Below, piece after piece: positions 21,862 to 32,619 of a stretch of 35,095 nucleotides of DNA (positions are counted from its first letter, which is position 1; each line of letters opens with the position of its first letter). A program made the translations under genes and the position numbers. The stretch comes from Malacoraja senta. Its lineage: Eukaryota. The notes under the pieces are model-generated. The model worked only from the letters and a program-made list of their open reading frames with translations, searched no databases and had not been told where the DNA came from. The DNA lies in assembly GCA_038087875.1 (NCBI GenBank), contig JAXLNO010000067.1:62001-97095 (forward strand), in the 5' to 3' direction.

Positions 21862-23325
21862 GGACCAGGGACTGTTGCAGGAGGAGGAGCGGCGTCCGGG
21901 TGGTGGGTAGATAAACAGCGCGGGGCTTTGCTTTCCAGAGGCCCAGGGAACGTTGCAGGAGGAGGAGCCCAAAACTGCAATGTTCCATTCACGTTTCATA
22001 TAAGTGAGAAAGCCGCTGATTGGTGCAAGAGGACTAAGAGGAAGCAGCTGATTGGGAGTCAGATCCCTGCTGATTTCCTCAACCAGTTTGTATTGTATCC
22101 AGGGCAACGGGGGACAATGAGCGCCAGGGCAGTTTACTGTTCTGGAAGTCAGATGTGGGAGGTCATGGAGTCTGATACCACTCCAGACGTCCACATCTGT
22201 GCCATGTGCGTCGAGATGGGGCTCCTAAGGGACCATGTTAGGAACGTGGAGCAGCAGCTTGATGACCTCTGTCTGATCAGGGAGAGTGAGGAGGTCATAG
22301 AAAGGAGTTATAGGGAGGTGGTCACTCCAAGACCACGGGAGGCAGACAAGTGGGTCACGGTTAGGAAGGGCAAGGGGCAGAGGCAGGGACTAGTGAGTAC
22401 CCTGGTGGCTGTACACCTTGAAAATAAGTACTCCTGCTTGAGTACTGTTGGGGGGGACAGCCTTCCTGGGGGTAGCGACAGCAGCCGGGCCTCCGGCACA
22501 GAGACCGGCCCTATTGCTCAGAAGGGTAGGGAAAAGAAGAGGAGGGCAATAGTAATAGGGGACTCTATAGTTAGGGGGTCGGATAGGCGATTCTGTGGAC
22601 GCAGTCAGGAGACCCGGATGGTAGTTTGCCTCCCTGGTGCCAGGGTCAGGGATGTGTCTGAACGCGTCCAAGATATCCTGAAATCAGAGGGAGAGGAGCC
22701 TGAGGTCGTGGTACATATAGGTACCAATGACATAGGCAGAAAAAGAGAAGAGGATTTGAAAGGAGAATTTAGGGAGTTGGGAGGAGAGTTAAGGAGAAGG
22801 ACCGCAAAGGTAATAATCTCAGGATTACTACCTGTGCCACGCGACAGTGAGAGTAGGAATGGAATGAGGTGGAGGATAAATGTGTGGCTGAGGAACTGGT
22901 GCAGCGGGCAGGGATTCAAATTTCTGGAGCATTGGGACCTCTTTTGGGGAAGGTGTGACCTGTACAGAAAGGACGGGTTGCACTTGAACCCGAGGGGGAC
23001 CAATATCCTGGTGGTGAGATTTGCAAAGGCTACTGGGGAGACTTTAAAGTAGAACTGTTGGGGGGAGGGACTCAAATAGAGAAAGCTAGTAGACAATGTG
23101 GGAGGCAGGAGGCAGAGAAGGGAAGCACTTGGACCCAAAATGTAGGGGAGAAAGAAGAAATAGATAATAAACGGAGAATAAGTGGTGGTGGGTTTCTTAA
23201 ATGTGTATATTTTAATGCTAGGAGCATTGTAAGAAAGGTGGATGCGCTTAGAGCCTGGATTGACACCTGGAAGTATGATGTTGTGGCGATCACTGAAACA
23301 TGGTTGCAGGAGGGCTGTGATTGGA
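21862..23325 (+). mobile_element. CR1 LINE 5' part (5'UTR, ORF1, start of endonuclease), 3'-truncated
   Basis: 5'UTR repeat GTTGCAGGAGGAGGAGC x2; ORF1; LKCVYFNARSI...YDVVAITETWL, then homology stops. Confidence 0.9.
22117..23052 (+). CDS. CR1 ORF1p with SGNH/GDSL esterase domain, uninterrupted (311 aa)
   Basis: ATG 22117 is in frame with ORF 21928-23052; GDS, PGA, HIGTND and KDGLH blocks are all present. Confidence 0.85.
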   Translation: MSARAVYCSGSQMWEVMESDTTPDVHICAMCVEMGLLRDHVRNVEQQLDDLCLIRESEEVIERSYREVVTPRPREADKWVTVRKGKGQRQGLVSTLVAVHLENKYSCLSTVGGDSLPGGSDSSRASGTETGPIAQKGREKKRRAIVIGDSIVRGSDRRFCGRSQETRMVVCLPGARVRDVSERVQDILKSEGEEPEVVVHIGTNDIGRKREEDLKGEFRELGGELRRRTAKVIISGLLPVPRDSESRNGMRWRINVWLRNWCSGQGFKFLEHWDLFWGRCDLYRKDGLHLNPRGTNILVVRFAKATGETLK

Positions 23326-23454
23326 TCACGTCACATTTGAACACTGGAATAAACACAGGCATTTACACGGCAGAAATAAAACTGCTGCAAAGGAGGAAGT
23401 CCAATATACGGAGACATAACAGACATGCTGGAATTTGCTAATTAATTATATCAG

Positions 23455-23760
23455 AGCAGCAAGTCCCTTGGACCACTGCATCTCACCCCAGCTTTAAACA
23501 TCAATTTACACAGCTTACTTTTCACTTTCTCCCCTGCCTCTATCTCTGATTCTCATGCCACTACCTAAGCGTAAGTTGCAATGGCCAATACACCTACCAA
23601 CTGTCTCATCACTGGGATGAAACTGGAGCAGCTGGAAGAGGAAACCTATAGAGTCACCAGGAGAGCATTCAAACTATGTATAATCAGCACCCTTGGTCAA
23701 GATAGAAGCTGTCTCTGTGTAACTGTGAGGCAGTGGCACTCTCCACTATGCCACCACACC
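23455..23760 (-). mobile_element. Old, degraded V-SINE
   Basis: GAAACTGGAGCAGCTGGAAGAGGAAACCTATAGAGTCACCAGGAGAGCATTCAAACT resembles the reverse V-domain seen at 25500-25570. Confidence 0.5.
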
Positions 23761-24605
23761 TCCATCCAGATAATGCCCTGACTGAACAATGCATAAAAAC
23801 TGACCTTGGGAGGAACCCCAACCAGCCCCCATAACTTCTGCACAAATTTATTTGATCAAAAGAGAAAAACATGAATGTTGATGTTTCAAAGTTCTTTAGC
23901 TGATTCCAAGCCCTGCATCCACTGACTAGAGACACATTTAGTATGCCACCTACAGAGCTGATGTACAAGACAGCTCAAGGCTTCCATTTTACATATATGC
24001 ACTTCATATATTACAAATTCTGGAGAAGCCAGACTGCAGAAAATGACATCAAAGTGCGTGGGATTGTCAAACATATCAGCAACAGTTTGTGAACTGTGAA
24101 AAGATTGGAAGTACATAATCTTTTCCCTTAGAAAATAAACTCTGGTTTTGATAGATTTTGCTCAATTTCTGTGCTAAACTTTCTTTAATCATTGTAATAA
24201 TGTGGCATGAGCATTGATAGAAATGTCCCTACCAGCGTAAGAGTAATATTGAGTGTGTAATTTAGAGACCATCACTTTACAAGCAATATCTGCCATGCAA
24301 CAATTATACAGTTGATCTGTTCTCATCAACGGATGAAAGAGGTCAGTGAGCTTACAGCAAGTTCAGGTTTAGATTTTAGATTTTGTTTCAGATATATAGA
24401 TTTTAGATATGTTTTAGATCTTAAAATGCTTGTATTCAGTCTTCAATTTGACCCGAAGAAAGTTGAGCATTTCACATGGATTAAAATGTCTTAAATGACT
24501 GTGAATTTGCTCACTGTGCAGAGGGTTTGTTCATGATAGATGTGCATGGCATGTAAGTTTCTAGGGCTGATCCAACAAAGGTGCTGGCTAAATCAAAGAA
24601 AAAAA

Positions 24606-24804
24606 TGGTGGAGGCTGGTTCTCTGTTTGCTTTCAAGAGAGAGCTAGACAGAGCTCATAAAGACAGCGCAGTCAAAGGATATGGGGAGAAGGCAGGAACG
24701 GGGTACTGATTGTGGATGATCAGCCATGATCACATTGAATGGTGCTGCTGGCTCAAGGGGTCGAATGGCCTACTCCTGCACCTATTGTCTATTGTCTATT
24801 GTCT
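24606..24804 (+). mobile_element. CR1 3' end
   Basis: Nearly the same as 20380-20568; (TATTGTC)3 tail. Confidence 0.85.
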
Positions 24805-25049
24805 AAATCAAAATAATGCGGGTGCTGGAAATTGGAAATAAGTCAAAAATCTTCAAAGTATTCAGCATGTCAGGCATTGTCTTTGGAGTTGTTTATGTTT
24901 GATGACCTTTTACGTGGAGCAATCAGTTTTGATTGACATTGATTTGTGAATATTTGAATTTAATGGACAACCAACAAGCTCAAACTTGTGAAATAAAACA
25001 GAAAAGGCTGAAAATATTCAGTGAAGACACAAGAGACAGGAACAAGGTC

Positions 25050-25166
25050 CTGATGTAGGGCGGACTGTGTGGGGTGGGAGGACCCATTGCTCCTCCTGTG
25101 CAGTGCCACCTACTGCACGGGAGGAGCAACGGGTCCTCCCACCCCACACAGTCCACCAAACATCAG
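25050..25166. repeat. Long inverted repeat / hairpin
   Basis: 43-bp arms at 25062-25104 and 25112-25154 with 2 differences and a 7-nt loop; imperfect extension to 25050/25166. Confidence 0.93.
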
Positions 25167-25179
25167 AAGACGAACACGA

Positions 25180-25270
25180 AACAAGGTCCTGATGTAGGGT
25201 CTTGACCCAAAATGTCGATATTTCCTTTCCCACAGATGTTGCTCGACGTGCTAAGTTCCTCCAGCAGTTT
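25180..25270 (+). mobile_element. Penelope-like pseudo-LTR remnant with degenerate hammerhead motif
   Basis: CTGATGTAGGGTCTTGACCCAAAATGTC...CAGATGTTGCTCGACGTGCTAAGTTCCTCCAGCA, homologous to 28541-28625. Confidence 0.65.
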
Positions 25271-25330
25271 TTTTTTTGTTCTTTTTTTTAAATGGAAACA
25301 TTCAGCATTTGAAACATTGATCATATTTCT

Positions 25331-25631
25331 TTTAGTTTATAGTTTAGTGAAGTTTAAAGATACAGCGTGGAAACAGGCCCTTCAGCCCACGCCGACCAGC
25401 GATCCCTGCACACTAACACTATCCTACACACACTAGGGACAATTTACAATTATACCAAGCCAATTAGCCTATAAACCTGTACGTCTTTGGAGAGTGGGAG
25501 GAAACCAGAGATCCTGGAGAAAACACACACAGGTTACAGGGAGAACATACATACTCCGTTCAAGCAGCACCCGTAGTCGGGATCGAACCCCGGTCTCTGG
25601 CGTTGTAGCTCTACTGCTGCGCCACTATGCC
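25331..25631 (-). mobile_element. tRNA-derived V-SINE (HE1-like)
   Basis: Minus-strand A box TGGCGCAGCAG and B box GGTTCGATCCC, V-domain, CR1-type tail. Confidence 0.85.
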
Positions 25632-26380
25632 AATCATTTCTCGTTGCACAAATCCTGTCAGACTATTGAGTATTTCCAATTTTAATAGTTTTATTTCCAA
25701 GGTAGAATTTTATTTTAGACAACATTTTTTAAAGTGATTGCCTGTGGATTTTACTGCTGTGAAACATAATTTCTGCATTGATTTGAGATCACCTCTCGAG
25801 TCAAATGAATCTAATTTCTTTTAGGCTTGTTACTAAAAATGTATTACATCAAACTTTATCTGAGTCATAGTCTCCCGGTGATGTTCTGATTTATAGTTTT
25901 GGCATTTCACTTGCTGCATTTTGAAGTGCATTTGCTGGTTAAGTAAATTTCACTATGAAGCATAATATAAATGTGAAAAACTACTTTAAAAACGTTTCAA
26001 ATCATCATCTTGACTACATAAAGTCGATCAACTTCTTTGCTGCAAGCATTTCACCAAATACAAAATATTGTCCAGGGGGAACAGAGGAGACACGAGTGAG
26101 GGCCTCATCTATGATGAGAGAGGGGAACCCCCATTCCCTCAAGAATGAGGACATCTTGGATTTCTTGGAATGGAACACCTCATCTTGGGTGCAGATGCAG
26201 CGTAGATGGAGGAATTGGGAGGTGGGGATGGAGTTTTTGCAGGAAGCAGGGTAGGAAGAAGTAGACCAGTCGATCGTTTCGCTGAACACCTTTGCTCATT
26301 CTGCCTGAACCTACCTGCTCTCCTGGTTGCTAAACACTTTAATTCTCCTTCCCATTCCCACACAGACCTTTCTGTCATAA

Positions 26381-28243
26381 AACCCCTGTCTCACTGTGCG
26401 AGCTGACCCACGAGGTACCCCGAGTTTAAAACTAATTTAACTCGTGGTAATCACGTACAATTAATGTAGCGGGAACGTCGGAACTCGTGGACGCAACTTA
26501 GCGACTCTTGGCGCTAACGGCAGATACCCGTGAAACTTGTTAACTCTTGAAAAAGTTCAAACATGTTTAAACTTTTCCACGAGTAAAATGTACTCTTGAG
26601 GTTCAAATTTGAAACATTTAAACTTGTTGTAAGAACGCAGTGGCCTGTGCGTTTACCTTTGTGACTCGTGAGTCTGCCGTGGGAACTCTTTTTGGAAACA
26701 ATAATCAGGGACAGAAATATCAGTTACTTGGATAAGTATGGATCAGTTAAGGAACACCAACAAAGACTTTTTAAAGACAAATTCTGCTTAACAAAGTTAA
26801 GCAAGTTATTGATAAGGTGACAGAGTGGGTTGAAAAGAAAAAAATTGCTTGAAGTTTATATATTGATTTTGTGTATTTGGGGCTGAGCTCACAACCTTAA
26901 GACAAACCAGTATTGAGGAACAGCGTGAGAACATTTTATGACACTTCATGGCAGCCTAATCTGAGGTTTGCCAGTCACATCCAGAAGCCATCTCTACCAG
27001 TGCTGTTGAAGAAGACAGGGTTGTGTTCACCTCTCCTGCACCCCTGTTCCGTAGGACAACACCAACTCTTTCATTATGCGGATGTTAAAGGCTGGGTTTT
27101 ATTCTCAAGCCATGATGCCAGATTCCCGATCTCTTTACTGAACTTTACTGAATCAAAGGGTTCTATAGGAGGTGCTGCCTCAAAAAGGCAGCCAGCATTG
27201 TCATGGACCCACACTACCCTGGCCATGCTCTCATTTCATTCCTGCTTTCACCCCCCATCACCACTCAGTTATAAAGAGCTGCAGCCTGCTTTGCAATCTG
27301 AATATGGAGACGGCCGTCTTAGTGGAGCAGAATCACCATTTGATGAAGGGACAGACCTGGGAGATTACTTCCGTTATCCCTCTGATGTTCATTCTTATCT
27401 GTATATGTTGTTTTTTGCCTGTTTGATCATATTTTAGTATCTTTTGGATACTCCCACTTTTTCTAATAGCTTAAAGTGTTGAAAAGCTTTTTACTAATCT
27501 GTTTGATTCTCACTGTTTGTTTACTTCATTGCACAATAAAAGAGAGTTCTTTGATGTCTGGAAGTCTTCATTTTAATATCACTACAAAGTCTCATGACTT
27601 GAATGTAATATTCCTTTCATCATAAAACACAAAACAGAGGAAGGCAAAATATATTCACATCTTGATTCTCACAATCATTTGTGAGAGTTAAGGACTGGTG
27701 CCTCATATGCTGTGCTTTTTAAATGTTAGAAAGTGTCACCTCTCTGTAGATCAGAAAATAAAACAAACAGCACGGTGAATGAGAAACAAAGTCTTTATTA
27801 ATCTTTTTCAATATCATAAACGCTTTTTTGCACATATTGAGAAAAGGAGCACCACAGCAAACAACACAGTGGTCTGAAAAAGGGCTTCTCAAACATGTAA
27901 ATCAACAAATGAAGCACAAATAAAAGTATTTCCACTATATACTAATTCAGCTGAGACATGCACAAGCCTAAATTCAGGCAATAAAAGAGACAATGCAATG
28001 CGCTCAATGACAAGTTTTGAGATCTACCATCAGATAAGCAGATGCATTGTTGCCTCAAGATTAACTTGGTACACTCGGGAGATGAACTTGGAACATCGCA
28101 GAAATGAGAAGTAAACGGCAAACTTAGACATACCCGTGGGAACTCGGTTAAACTCTTGATCATAAACTTGGAATCTCGTACGCAACCACGAGTCTTTCAC
28201 TCGGGGTCACTCGTGGGTCAACTCGCACAGTGAGACAGGGCTT
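26381..28243. mobile_element. Non-autonomous PIF/Harbinger-type TIR DNA transposon
   Basis: ~45-bp TIRs AA(C/G)CCCTGTCTCACTGTGCGAG(C/T)TGACCCACGAG; TAA TSD at 26378-26380 and 28244-28246; the host Penelope rejoins. Confidence 0.88.
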
Positions 28244-28540
28244 TAAGTCTCCTCCATTGTCAGAGTAAGGCTAAATGCAAATTGGAGGAACAATATCTCA
28301 TATTTCGCTTGGGCAGCTTACAGCCCAGTGGTATGAATATTGATTTCTCTCATCCTGGCATTCCCTCTTTCTCTATCCCTCCCCCACCAAAGTCGAAAAA
28401 GCTACTTGTTTTCACCCAACAAACAGCTAACAATGGCCTGTTCCTTTATCATCGTTACTTTTTTGCATATCTTTCATTCATTGTTCTTTATCTCTCTTCA
28501 TCATCGTCTATATCTCTTGTTTCCATTATCCCTAACTAGT

Positions 28541-28568
28541 CTGAAGAAGGGTCCTGACCCAAAACGTC
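28541..28568 (+). ncRNA. Degenerate minimal hammerhead ribozyme motif of a Penelope pseudo-LTR
   Basis: CTGAAGA-A-GGGTC-CT-GACCC-AAAAC-GTC; the canonical GAAA reads AAAA. Confidence 0.6.
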
Positions 28569-28789
28569 ACCCATTCCTTCTCTGCAGAGATGCTGCCTGC
28601 CCCGCTGAGTTACTCCAGCACTTTGTGTCTACCACAGAGATAGTAATTGCCTTGCACTGGTCTTATGGGAATGAAACATGCCAATTATCTGAAAGGTTTG
28701 GACATCGCCCCAGTTTGGTTTCATATGGACCTTTGAAAAGGTTCCTTGTGGTTTGTTGATTTGAAAGGTTAGTTTACTTTGGCTCTAAA

Positions 28790-29232
28790 AAGAGCTAGAT
28801 GACTAGATACAGAATTGACTTCAAGGTAGGAAGCAGAGGGGTGGTGGTAAAATGTTGCTTATCTGACTGGAGGCCTGTAACTAGTGGTGTGCCTCAGTGA
28901 TTTGTGCCTGGCCCATTGCTGTTTGTAATAATAATAATAATAATAATAATATTTGTATTTATATAGCACTTTTCAATCAAATCACTTGAAACCAAAGTGC
29001 TTTACAGAGAATTATCCATATCCATATGTTGATATCAACATATCAACATTCACACACAGGCAAAGGTGGGTGAAGTGTCTTGCCCAAGGACACAACGACA
29101 GTATGCACTCCAAGCGGGATTCGAACCGGCTACCTTCCGGTTGCCAGCCGAACACTTAGCCCATTGCGCCATCTGTCGTCCCATTAATCAATAATAATGA
29201 TTTGGATGAGAATGTACAAGGCATGACTAGTA
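28790..29232 (+). mobile_element. Decayed CR1 RT fragment, host of a SINE and of DIRS C
   Basis: WRPVTSGVPQ*FVPGPLLF | NDLDENVQGMTS, cut just before KFADD. Confidence 0.75.
28927..29182 (-). mobile_element. tRNA-derived CORE-like SINE with L2-type (TTA)n tail
   Basis: A box TGGCGCAATGG, B box GGTTCGAATCC, core GTGTCCTTGGGCAAGACACTT, tail TGTAAAGCACTTTG...AAAAGTGCTATATAAAT(..)(TTA)n. Confidence 0.85.
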
Positions 29233-29512
29233 ATTTTACTTCAAGTCACGTGAATGACTATGTGAAGAAGCCGTTAGCCCACATGCGCGTCATTACTTTG
29301 ACTCGCTTTGCGCAAACGAGCTGACTAGCGGCAGCGTTTGCTCTGTCCAGCGGTAAGTTTAAACCTACAAGGTAAGTTTAGGGTTGTTTTTTGTATTGCA
29401 GGAAGCTCTTTTACAGAGTTTGCCTGCTGGATTCGGGGCGAAGTCTGGACGGGCCACGGGGAACCTTTATGGACCGCGGGGAACCCCAGTCACGGGCCAT
29501 AGGGAATCCCAG

Positions 29513-29607
29513 TCATGATCAGCCATGATCATATTGAATGGCGGTGCAGGCTCGAAGGGCCGAATGGCCTACTCCTGCACCTATTTTCTATGTATCTATG
29601 TATCTAT
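29513..29607 (+). mobile_element. Very short CR1 3' tail insertion
   Basis: GATCAGCCATGATCATATTGAATGGCGGTGCAGGCTCGAAGGGCCGAATGGCCTACTCC plus (TCTATGTA)n. Confidence 0.85.
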
Positions 29608-31119
29608 GACCTCGGGGAATCCCGGAAACGGACTGCGGGGCACCCGCTATGGAGACCGCGGAAGTGCGAGTAGCGGGCGGCGGTCGAATTCGCCTTTCGA
29701 GTCGCTGGCGGTGGAGCCAGCGGCGACAGACTGGTGCCGGTAGCACCTAGGCAACCCCGTTTGGAGGGTTAGCCACTAAATTATATCTCCCTCTCTGCAG
29801 AGGGGAGCATAGGGAAGAGGCCCCGTTCTTTCAAACAAGTCGGGCCAGGAGCACCTAGGCAACCCACTTGGAGGGTAGCCACGGTATTATATCTCCCTCT
29901 CTGAGGAGGGGAGCGTAGGGAAGAGGCCCGTTGACTCAAACGAGTCGGGCCAGGAGGATTCCTGATGGAGATGATCCCCTCCTTCATGGGTAACGTATTT
30001 AAACGTTCAAACCCACTTGGAGCACCTGATGGAGAGGTGCTCCACAATGATATACTCCAAAGGAGGGAGTTATCAGCCCGGGTATTATGGAGAACCCGCA
30101 GGCAGCGGCACCTGTTTCAGGGCTGCACAATGTCTCCCTCTCTGAGGAGGGGAGCATTCAGGGCTGCCTACGAATCTCCCTCTCTGTGGAGGGGAGTGCG
30201 AGTGGTCAGTATGTAACTGACTTCAAATTCTAAGTATGTCCGTGGAACATACTGGAGCACATGCATATGGCTTCAAGAGATATTCGCAAACGAAGGTGTT
30301 GCTGCCGGAAGAGTTGGTCTCCAGCCGTTGGCAGAATACACGCAAGGGCCAGAGTTCTCTCACGCTACATGAGCAGGCAAGTGAACAGTGCTATCAGGGT
30401 GACATTGGAGGGCATGAAATCCAGGAAATGAAACCAGCCGCCGGATCCTCTCTTCAGGTAAGATTAATCCCACAGGTAAGACCAGGAGGAGGAAGCAAAA
30501 AGCGGTCGGACTAATCAAGGTACCGATGACGAGCAAAGCTTCATCGGTAGGCGACGACACACCCCACGCCTCCATCAAGGGTAAGCGGTTCACTGAAGCC
30601 GGTGGCAGCTTGAAAGCTGGGCACGGAAATATGACCAGAGTTGTCTTTCAAGGCAGGCTCAGAATTATGGCCAGAGTTGTCATACGGGGCAGGCTCAGTA
30701 TGATGAGGTTTTCAGACCAAGGCCCAAGACGGTCTCAGGGGAAATATGGAATCCACGCACCCTACCAGTCCTACTCTCCAATCAAGGAGGGGGAAATAAC
30801 CCGCATCAGCGGCCTTTGGGCTTACCATAAGACCTCCGGTAGCCATGGAGGTAGGTGAGTCTGGTTCTTCCAAAACATGGGGTTGTGGACCATTTACATG
30901 TGGTAATATTTACACTTGTGTTTTTTGTACGTGACAATGATAACATGAGATTCAGATCTGGTTTAAATTTTTTTAAATTTTTAAACTGATGATAACATGT
31001 GATTACTTTATACTGCACAATATACATAGGTTCCAAGTAGGCTTGGAAAATAAGGCCGGAGTTGTCTTTCGAGGCAGGCTCAAATTATGGGCAGGATTAC
31101 CTTTTAGGACAGGTTGACA

Positions 31120-32460
31120 GATGGAGGATGTCACTTCATCCAAATTTAACTTGTATGTGCAGTATAGACTTTCAGAATAGTAAACTTTGTTACTGTCTAA
31201 CAATTGATTTCTATAGGAGCTATATGGCAAGCATTGATCTCAAAGATGCATGCTATTCAGTTCCCATTCACAGGGATCACCGGAGATATTTGAAATTTAT
31301 CTGGATGGGTCAATGATAACAGTTAAAGCGTTGCAAAATGGGCTAACTTCAGCTCCCAGGTTTATTTACCAAATTACTAAAACCGGTGCTTGGGCTGCTC
31401 AGAGCTCAAGAACATTTGTTATCGCCTATCTGGATGATGTTTTAAATGCTGTATTTTACTAAAATTAACTATATTTGAGAAATTGGGGTCCCTCATCCAT
31501 CCAGTTAAATTTAAGTTGATACCAATCAGAACTATTGATTATTGGGATTTACATTTAACTATCAACTTAACAGGGACTCTGCCCTGGGGCAAGAGATGCA
31601 ATTAACAGAAGCCTGTAACAACCTCGTTGTTATGAAGCAGCCTTCTATTCATCAAGTGTAATTGGCAATATAGCAGCTGTGTTTAAGCGGTGCAAATCGG
31701 GCCTTTGCATTACCAGAACTTACAACGTGCAAAGAATTAACCTCTCAAGTACCATATAGGTCATTATTAATAGACCTATGCTATTACCAGCTGAAGCTAC
31801 CAAAGTCCCAATGGTGCAGTATTCAGCATTGCTCCAGTATTTTTAGTCAGTAATATTCAGTAATTACAAACTGATGCTAGTGCTCAAAGATGAGTAGTTA
31901 CGAATGCCATCTCCAGTTATGGAGGCGGATGCTGTTGCATGAGTTACCAATTTTTCAGTTATTGGTATCAACTACCTATAAACACTAGGTGCATTCTATA
32001 GGTTAAAGGTTATTGTGAGAATGTGCATAATCTGCATGCTCAACTCCAAGTTGATACACTATGGTGGTGGCATATGTTAGTCACATGGGTGCAATCAAGT
32101 TAAAGTATCCTGTGATATTTACCTAACCTCATTTGACGCTATTGTATCATCACGTGAAATCAATGACAACACAGAATGGATGTTGGATCAAAGTATTTAA
32201 TGTCATTTTGGCTCGATGGAACACCGAATATCGATATGTTTACATCCAGGCTCATTTACCAGTTGCAAAATATGTGGCATACAGTGGCGAGAGATACATT
32301 ATCGCCACACTGGGGAGGAATGTTCTTGCATGTCTTTCCTCCATTCTGCCTCATCAGTCGGGTCTTGCAATAAATCCAGCAAGATACCGCTTCAGGCTTT
32401 TCGAACTGCCTGATTGGCATACGCAGCCATGGTTCCCGCTAATGTTGGGAATAATTTAGA
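31120..32460 (+). pseudogene. DIRS RT - RNase H - adenine-methyltransferase-like ORF, decayed
   Basis: MASIDLKDACYSVPIH, NGLTSAPR, AYLDD (~31427), LQTDAS (~31864), IDMFTSRL...HVFPPF...LPDWHTQPWFP. Confidence 0.88.
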
Positions 32461-32619
32461 ACCTTATGTGGTTATTCAAAACATAAAACTTTGCTGGTTC
32501 AGCCTGTGACTCGGGGAACCAGCCTCTGCATGATACATCAAATCATTGACTTGCAGACTCTGAGACAACTATTCCTGTGGCTCGGGTTGTCAGACCGATC
32601 CATGTAGTGCTCACTCAGA

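Larger units (their letters stand above)
26075..28632 (+). mobile_element. Penelope-like element 3' part (GIY-YIG C-terminus and pseudo-LTR) preceded by an inverted RT-side fragment
   Basis: Minus 26267-26075: CKNSIPTSQFLHLRCIC. Plus: DRFAEHL..VAKHFNSPSHSHTDLSV | LLHCQ..KLEEQYLIFRLGSLQPSGMNIDFS across the TIR insertion. Confidence 0.85.

Noticed and set aside
22605..23138. 177-aa minus-strand ORF
   Set aside because: Antisense shadow of CR1 ORF1.
23900..24060. Possible host exon (open frame ending AAA|GTGCGT)
   Set aside because: No recognisable protein similarity, weak splice sites and no partner exons.
26913..27437. 174-aa ORF
   Set aside because: Crosses a Rex1 scrap out of frame, has no recognisable domain and a non-ATG start.
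29110..29182. tRNA gene
   Set aside because: A and B boxes belong to a SINE head followed by a core domain and LINE tail.
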